A DNA stretch of 64,000 bases. It comes from Bacillota bacterium. GTDB taxonomy: Bacteria > Gemmatimonadota > Gemmatimonadetes > Gemmatimonadales > GWC2-71-9. This document shows positions 59,508-64,000 of this stretch, piece by piece. Position 1 is the stretch's first letter. The number at the start of each line of letters is the position of its first letter. The notes below the pieces were generated by a model. It had not been told where the DNA came from, did no database searches, and saw nothing but the letters and a program-made list of their open reading frames with translations. A program made the position numbers and the translations under genes. Location of the stretch: the NCBI GenBank assembly GCA_050257015.1, contig JBLMWC010000066.1, positions 4,311 to 68,310 on the forward strand, given 5' to 3'.

Positions 59508-60704
59508 TCAGCGGAAGAGAGCGAACACCCGCTGCATCAGCCGGTCGCGGATATCGCGCAGCAGCCACGCGGCGTCTGCATCAGGGCCGGCATCGGCCGG
59601 CCCCGAGCCCGAGGTGTTGACGACGCCGATCGCCGCGGTGTGCGTCTCCGGCTGAACGTAGAAGAACGAGCGGTAGCCGGCCTGACTGCCGGTCTTCCCG
59701 ATGTAGCGGCGGCCGCCCGAGTGGAGGGAGAAGAACCCGGCGGTGACCGAGTCGCCCTCGTCGGTGCTGCCGGTCGGCAGGACGGGCCGCCACATCTCCT
59801 CGAGCGAGGCCCGCTTCAGCACGCCGTCGTAGAGCGCCTCGTGTCCCGGCGCGCCGATCAGAAACGCGAGATAGCGTGCCATGTCGGGGAGCGGGGCGTT
59901 GAGGCCGCTGTTCGACGTGGTGATCCCGGTGTCGAAGTCGAGCCCCACAGCCGTCGCCTTTCCGTCGGCGACCTCGTACCCGTTCGAGCGATCCTTCAGC
60001 AGATGGTACGGCGTCACGTCGAAGTAGCTGTGCTGCATGCCGAGGGGCATGAGAATATTCTTGGTGACGTAGACCTCGTAGTCGTCGCCGGTCAGCCGCT
60101 CGATCACCTGGCCCAGATAGATGATCCCCGGATTGGAGTAGCCGTACCGCGAGCCGGGCCGGAACAGAACCTCGGTGTACGGCATCATCGCCACGAGCTG
60201 GCTCCACTTCGTCGGCTCGAAGGGATACCATGCCTTGTCGCCGCTCCAGGGCCAGGTTCCGTTCCGGAAGCCCGCCGAATGGCTCATGAGCTGGCGGATG
60301 GTGATCTCGCCGACATCCCCGAAGGAGTCGTGCACCTGACGCAGCTCGGGCACATACTTCACGATCGGATCGTCGAGGCTGAGCTTGCCCCGGTCGCGCA
60401 GCTGCATGATGCCGATCGCCGTGAGCGTCTTGGTGATCGACGCCCAGTGGAAGATCGTGCTGTCGGTGACGACACGACCGGACGCGGCGTCGGCCAGGCC
60501 GTAGTTCGCGTGCGCCAGCACGCGGTCGCCCTGGAGGAACCAGAGGGTCCCGCCAACCGTTCGGTGCTGCCGGAGTGTCGAATCGAAGGCGGTGTGTACG
60601 CCGGACCAGGCGCCGTCGAATCCGCGGGGCTTCTGGGCCCGCGCGGGAAGGGGCGCGCCAAGGGCGGCGAGGATGAGCGCCGAGGCCAGGAATCGAGCGG
60701 GCAT
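59508..60704 (-). CDS. serine hydrolase of the beta-lactamase/PBP (class C-like) family, secreted
   Basis: ORF 59508..62600 trimmed to ATG 60704, which begins a signal peptide. The motif ASITK provides SxxK, and YSN is present. Confidence 0.85.
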   Translation of the reverse strand: MPARFLASALILAALGAPLPARAQKPRGFDGAWSGVHTAFDSTLRQHRTVGGTLWFLQGDRVLAHANYGLADAASGRVVTDSTIFHWASITKTLTAIGIMQLRDRGKLSLDDPIVKYVPELRQVHDSFGDVGEITIRQLMSHSAGFRNGTWPWSGDKAWYPFEPTKWSQLVAMMPYTEVLFRPGSRYGYSNPGIIYLGQVIERLTGDDYEVYVTKNILMPLGMQHSYFDVTPYHLLKDRSNGYEVADGKATAVGLDFDTGITTSNSGLNAPLPDMARYLAFLIGAPGHEALYDGVLKRASLEEMWRPVLPTGSTDEGDSVTAGFFSLHSGGRRYIGKTGSQAGYRSFFYVQPETHTAAIGVVNTSGSGPADAGPDADAAWLLRDIRDRLMQRVFALFR

Positions 60705-60770
60705 GCAGTAAGGTAATGCGCCTGCAACCTCCTTCGGGGGCAGGGCGTAGGAGATATATTCGAGAGACCC

Positions 60771-62597
60771 ATGACCACGTTCATCGAGCACCTCCGCGAC
60801 GCGCTGGCTCCGGCCTACGAGCTCGGCCCCGAACTTCAGGGGGCCGGGATGAGCCGCGTCTTCGTCGCCAACGACGTGGCGCTGGGCCGGAAGGTCGTGG
60901 TGAAGGTCCTGCCGCCGGACCTCGCGGCCGGCGTCAATCGCGACCGCTTCCGCCGGGAGATCCAGCTCGCGGCTCAGCTGCAGCATCCGCACATCGTCCC
61001 GCTCCTCTCCGCCGGCGAGCACGGCGAGCTCCTCTACTACACGATGCCGTTCATCGAGGGGGAGTCGCTTCGCTCGCGCCTCGAGCGGAAGGCGCGGCTG
61101 AGCGTGCGCGAAGTGATGCGCATGCTGCACGACGTGGTTGACGCGCTGGACTACGCGCACGCCCGCGGGGTAGTGCACCGCGACATCAAGCCCGGCAACA
61201 TCCTGACGCAGGGGCAGCATGCGCTGGTCACCGACTTCGGCGTGGCCAAGGCGCTGAGTGCGGCCCTGCCGGTATCGGGGATGACGTCGTCCGGCATGGC
61301 GATCGGCACGCCGGCCTACATGGCGCCGGAGCAGCTTGCGGCCGATCCGGCCGCGGATCAGCGCGTGGACATCTACGCCGTCGGGCTCCTCGCGTACGAG
61401 CTCCTGAGCGGGGAGTCGCCGTTCGTGGGTCCGTCGCCGACGGCGACGATGGCCGCGCAGCTGACCCGGGATCCGGCGCCGATCGACACGATCCGCGGCG
61501 ACGTGCCGCCGGCACTCTCCGCCGTCATCATGCGGTGCCTGGCCAAGGCGCCGGAGCTCCGCCCTCAGACCGCCTCCGATCTGCTGGCCGAGCTGGAGCT
61601 GATCCCGATGCCGTCGGGCCCGAGCACGCCGACGCAGACGATGCCGATGCAGGCGGTGCGGCGGCGGGTAAGCCCGACGCTCATGACCGCTGGCGCCGGC
61701 CTCCTGCTGCTGGGGGCTGCGGCGCTCTTCGCGTCGCGTGGCCGGACGGCCCCGCCGGCGGCGGACTCCGCGTCGACGACGGCCGCTGCCGTTCCTGCAG
61801 CCCCCGCCGCCCCGGAGCCCGCTCCGGCCGGAACCACATCCCAGGCGGCCCGGGCGGTACTCACCCGCGACGACTCGCTGGCCATCGCGCAGGCGGTGCG
61901 CGCGCAGCTCGCCGCGCCGGCTGCGCGCGGCACCACTCGCAGCCCGACCGCGGCCGAGAAGCAGGCGGCGGTCGCTGACCGCCGCGTCATCGATTCCATA
62001 GTCCGGGCCTCGCTGGCGGAGTGGAGCCGCCCCGGCGCGGTGGGGCCCGCTCTCAGGGATCTTCCGCGCTACATGGAACGGGTCGGTCGCATGCGCCTCG
62101 ACACCCTCCAGCTGCCCGGCGTTGCGAGCCGGAGCGGCCCGCGCCGCGTGGTCATCACGGAGCCGCAGGCCTCCCCGGCGCATCCCGAGCTCTCGGCGAT
62201 CGGCGCATCGGTGGTGGGGAGCCTTCGCAGCGCCCTGAGCCACCGGAAGGAATATCAGCTGGTGGACCAGAACACGGTCCGCGGCGTGCTGTCCCAGACG
62301 CGCGAGGCGTCGCAGGTCGCGGCCCGGCTCGGCGCGGACGTGATCGCATCGGTGGACCTCATACCCGTGCCGGGTGATTCCGTGGTTCTGCTGGTGAAGA
62401 TCCGGGACCTGTCGGCCCAGCCCCAGTATTCGTACCGCGTCGCGGGCGGACGGACGATGGCGGCTTCCGAGCTGCCCGCCGGTGCCGGGCCGATGGTCGA
62501 TGCCGCGCTCGGCTACATCGACGAGATGACCGGCGCGCCGCGACGGAGCACCCGCATCGTCGTGGTACCGGAGCCTCCGGCAACCCCTGACCGGTAG
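60771..62597 (+). CDS. Ser/Thr protein kinase with single TM helix and about 290 aa extracytoplasmic domain of unknown function
   Basis: VVVKVL, HRDIKPGNIL, DFGVAK and GTPAYMAPEQ. TM helix LMTAGAGLLLLGAAALFA. A Pro/Ala-rich linker precedes the uncharacterised domain. Confidence 0.85.
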   Translation: MTTFIEHLRDALAPAYELGPELQGAGMSRVFVANDVALGRKVVVKVLPPDLAAGVNRDRFRREIQLAAQLQHPHIVPLLSAGEHGELLYYTMPFIEGESLRSRLERKARLSVREVMRMLHDVVDALDYAHARGVVHRDIKPGNILTQGQHALVTDFGVAKALSAALPVSGMTSSGMAIGTPAYMAPEQLAADPAADQRVDIYAVGLLAYELLSGESPFVGPSPTATMAAQLTRDPAPIDTIRGDVPPALSAVIMRCLAKAPELRPQTASDLLAELELIPMPSGPSTPTQTMPMQAVRRRVSPTLMTAGAGLLLLGAAALFASRGRTAPPAADSASTTAAAVPAAPAAPEPAPAGTTSQAARAVLTRDDSLAIAQAVRAQLAAPAARGTTRSPTAAEKQAAVADRRVIDSIVRASLAEWSRPGAVGPALRDLPRYMERVGRMRLDTLQLPGVASRSGPRRVVITEPQASPAHPELSAIGASVVGSLRSALSHRKEYQLVDQNTVRGVLSQTREASQVAARLGADVIASVDLIPVPGDSVVLLVKIRDLSAQPQYSYRVAGGRTMAASELPAGAGPMVDAALGYIDEMTGAPRRSTRIVVVPEPPATPDR

Positions 62598-62875
62598 CAC
62601 GCCCGGGGGCTATCGGGGCGATCACTTGCGGTATGCCACGCCTCCGCCGACAATGTGACCCCTTCGCGCAGCAGCTTGCAGTCCCTTCCCCGCTGGAATC
62701 TGCCGTTCAAATCCCCACCAAGAAACGCCTTACGCCGATGCCGCGCGTTCCTCGGCCATTCCGGCCCGCGGTGCAGTATTCTGTCATGGAATTTGCCAAC
62801 GAATGGGCGCCGCGATGTGTTCTGCGCCGGACGAGCCGTTCACCAGCGAGGCGTCGTTGATCCTGGTTCCAGCCC

Positions 62876-63985
62876 ATGCCTGACGTGCGTTTCGTGGACG
62901 CGCGCATCCTCATCGTGGACGACGAGGACGCGAACCTGCGAACCCTGAGTCGCATCCTTCGCGCAGCGGGCTATCACGCCATCACGACGACGGCGGATCC
63001 GACGACGGTGCCGGACCTGCACCGCGAATGCGATCCCGACCTCGTGCTGCTCGACCTGCACATGGAGGTGCTCGACGGCATGGCGGTGCTGGAGCAGCTC
63101 CGCGCCGCGGCCGCTCCGGCGGGGTACGTCCCGGTTCTCATGCTCACCGGCGACTCCTCCCCGGACGCACGCCGCCGCGCGCTCGCGGCCGGGGCCACCG
63201 ACTTCGTCACCAAGCCGTTCGAAATGGACGAAGTGCTCCTCCGGATCCATAATCTGCTCGAGATTCGCTTCCTCCATCGGAAGATCACCGCCCACAACCA
63301 GCTGCTCGAGACCCGTGTGGCCGAGCGCACGGCGGAGCTCGACGACGCTCATCTCGACACCCTCGAACGGCTCGCCCTCGCCGCGGAATTCCGCGACGAC
63401 GAGACCGGCTGGCATACCGAGCGCGTCGGCGAGGCCGCTGCCGTGCTCGGAACGGCGCTGGGGCTTCCCGAGGAGGATGTGTTCCTCATCCGCCGTGCAG
63501 CACCGCTGCACGATGTCGGCAAGATCGGCATTCCGGACTCGATCCTGCGGAAGCCGGGCGCGCTGACGGAGGCGGAGTGGCGGACGATGAAGCAGCATAC
63601 GACGATCGGCGCGCGGATCCTGTCGGGCGGGCGCTCGCGCGTCATCCGGCTGGCGGAGCAGATCGCTCTCTACCATCACGAGCACTGGAACGGCGGGGGC
63701 TATCCGCGCGGGCTGGCGGGAGAATCGATTCCGCTGGTCGGACGCCTGGTGATGGTGGCCGACGTCTTCGACGCGCTGCTGTCGGATCGCGTCTACCGGA
63801 CCGCATGGCCGGCCGACCAGGTACTCAACTACATCCGGGATCACGCGGGCCGGCGGTTCGACCCGCGCATCGCCAGGTTGTGCGAGGACCCGGCGGTCCG
63901 CCGGTCCCTGCTGGCGATTCGAGGACACGGAGGAGTCGGGTCCTCTCTGGCGCGGCTCGCGCTCGCCCGCGCCGCCGCGTCCTGA
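62876..63985 (+). CDS. response regulator with HD-GYP phosphodiesterase output (RpfG-like)
   Basis: Receiver domain ILIVDDE...LVLLDLHM...LTGD...ATDFVTKPF. HD-GYP motifs HDVGKIGIPD and HHEHWNGGGYPRGL. Confidence 0.9.
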   Translation: MPDVRFVDARILIVDDEDANLRTLSRILRAAGYHAITTTADPTTVPDLHRECDPDLVLLDLHMEVLDGMAVLEQLRAAAAPAGYVPVLMLTGDSSPDARRRALAAGATDFVTKPFEMDEVLLRIHNLLEIRFLHRKITAHNQLLETRVAERTAELDDAHLDTLERLALAAEFRDDETGWHTERVGEAAAVLGTALGLPEEDVFLIRRAAPLHDVGKIGIPDSILRKPGALTEAEWRTMKQHTTIGARILSGGRSRVIRLAEQIALYHHEHWNGGGYPRGLAGESIPLVGRLVMVADVFDALLSDRVYRTAWPADQVLNYIRDHAGRRFDPRIARLCEDPAVRRSLLAIRGHGGVGSSLARLALARAAAS

Positions 63986-64000
63986 ACCCTCACGAACTGC

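Overview
This is a visibly GC-rich bacterial chromosomal window; I did not compute the GC content. Gene content and a Sec-type clade II nosZ suggest Gemmatimonadota or a similar soil lineage, but that is inference. I support about 52 protein genes. They are very tightly packed, with many 1-4 nt stop/start overlaps and several convergent genes whose 3' ends touch or overlap. I found no rRNA, tRNA, CRISPR array, transposase or prophage genes.

Main blocks:
- lon (partial) lies divergent from a Ser/Thr kinase.
- A housekeeping and peptidase set follows: fused E1 alpha/beta, M1 peptidase, amidohydrolase, MazG-like, rsgA, proline dehydrogenase and topoisomerase IB.
- A five-gene minus-strand array runs thiolase, FadJ-like, PLP decarboxylase, GT-C membrane protein, CMO-like Rieske oxygenase.
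- glpD.
- A compact clade II nitrous-oxide reductase cluster, nosZ-nosB-nosL-nosD-nosF-nosY-cupredoxin, spans 24504..30872.
- A redox/metal island spans 30982..39290: two tandem-USP genes, a DevS/DosT-like GAF histidine kinase, an OmpR-type regulator, a PCP-motif P1B ATPase, a PNPOx-like protein, a membrane protein, cytochrome c and a small multicopper oxidase.
- An OdhA/Kgd-type 2-oxoglutarate dehydrogenase comes next.
- A GH18-like/NodB/GT2 triple-domain exopolysaccharide enzyme follows it.
- The rest comprises amidase, DoxX/TetR, HNH, tkt-tal-DAACS transporter, M61 peptidase, gluQRS, a serine hydrolase, a second kinase and a REC-HD-GYP regulator.

Most interesting observations:
- A haem-GAF (DevS-like) sensor is wired to HisKA/OmpR output beside the nos cluster.
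- The decarboxylase/GT-C/Rieske operon is uncharacterised.
- Two genes have conserved or coding-looking N-termini that lack any ATG/GTG/TTG start.
- A YtxH-like protein carries Lys-rich 11-mer repeats.
- Two small repeated palindromic element families are present.

All homology statements come from motif recognition by eye. No database search was run.
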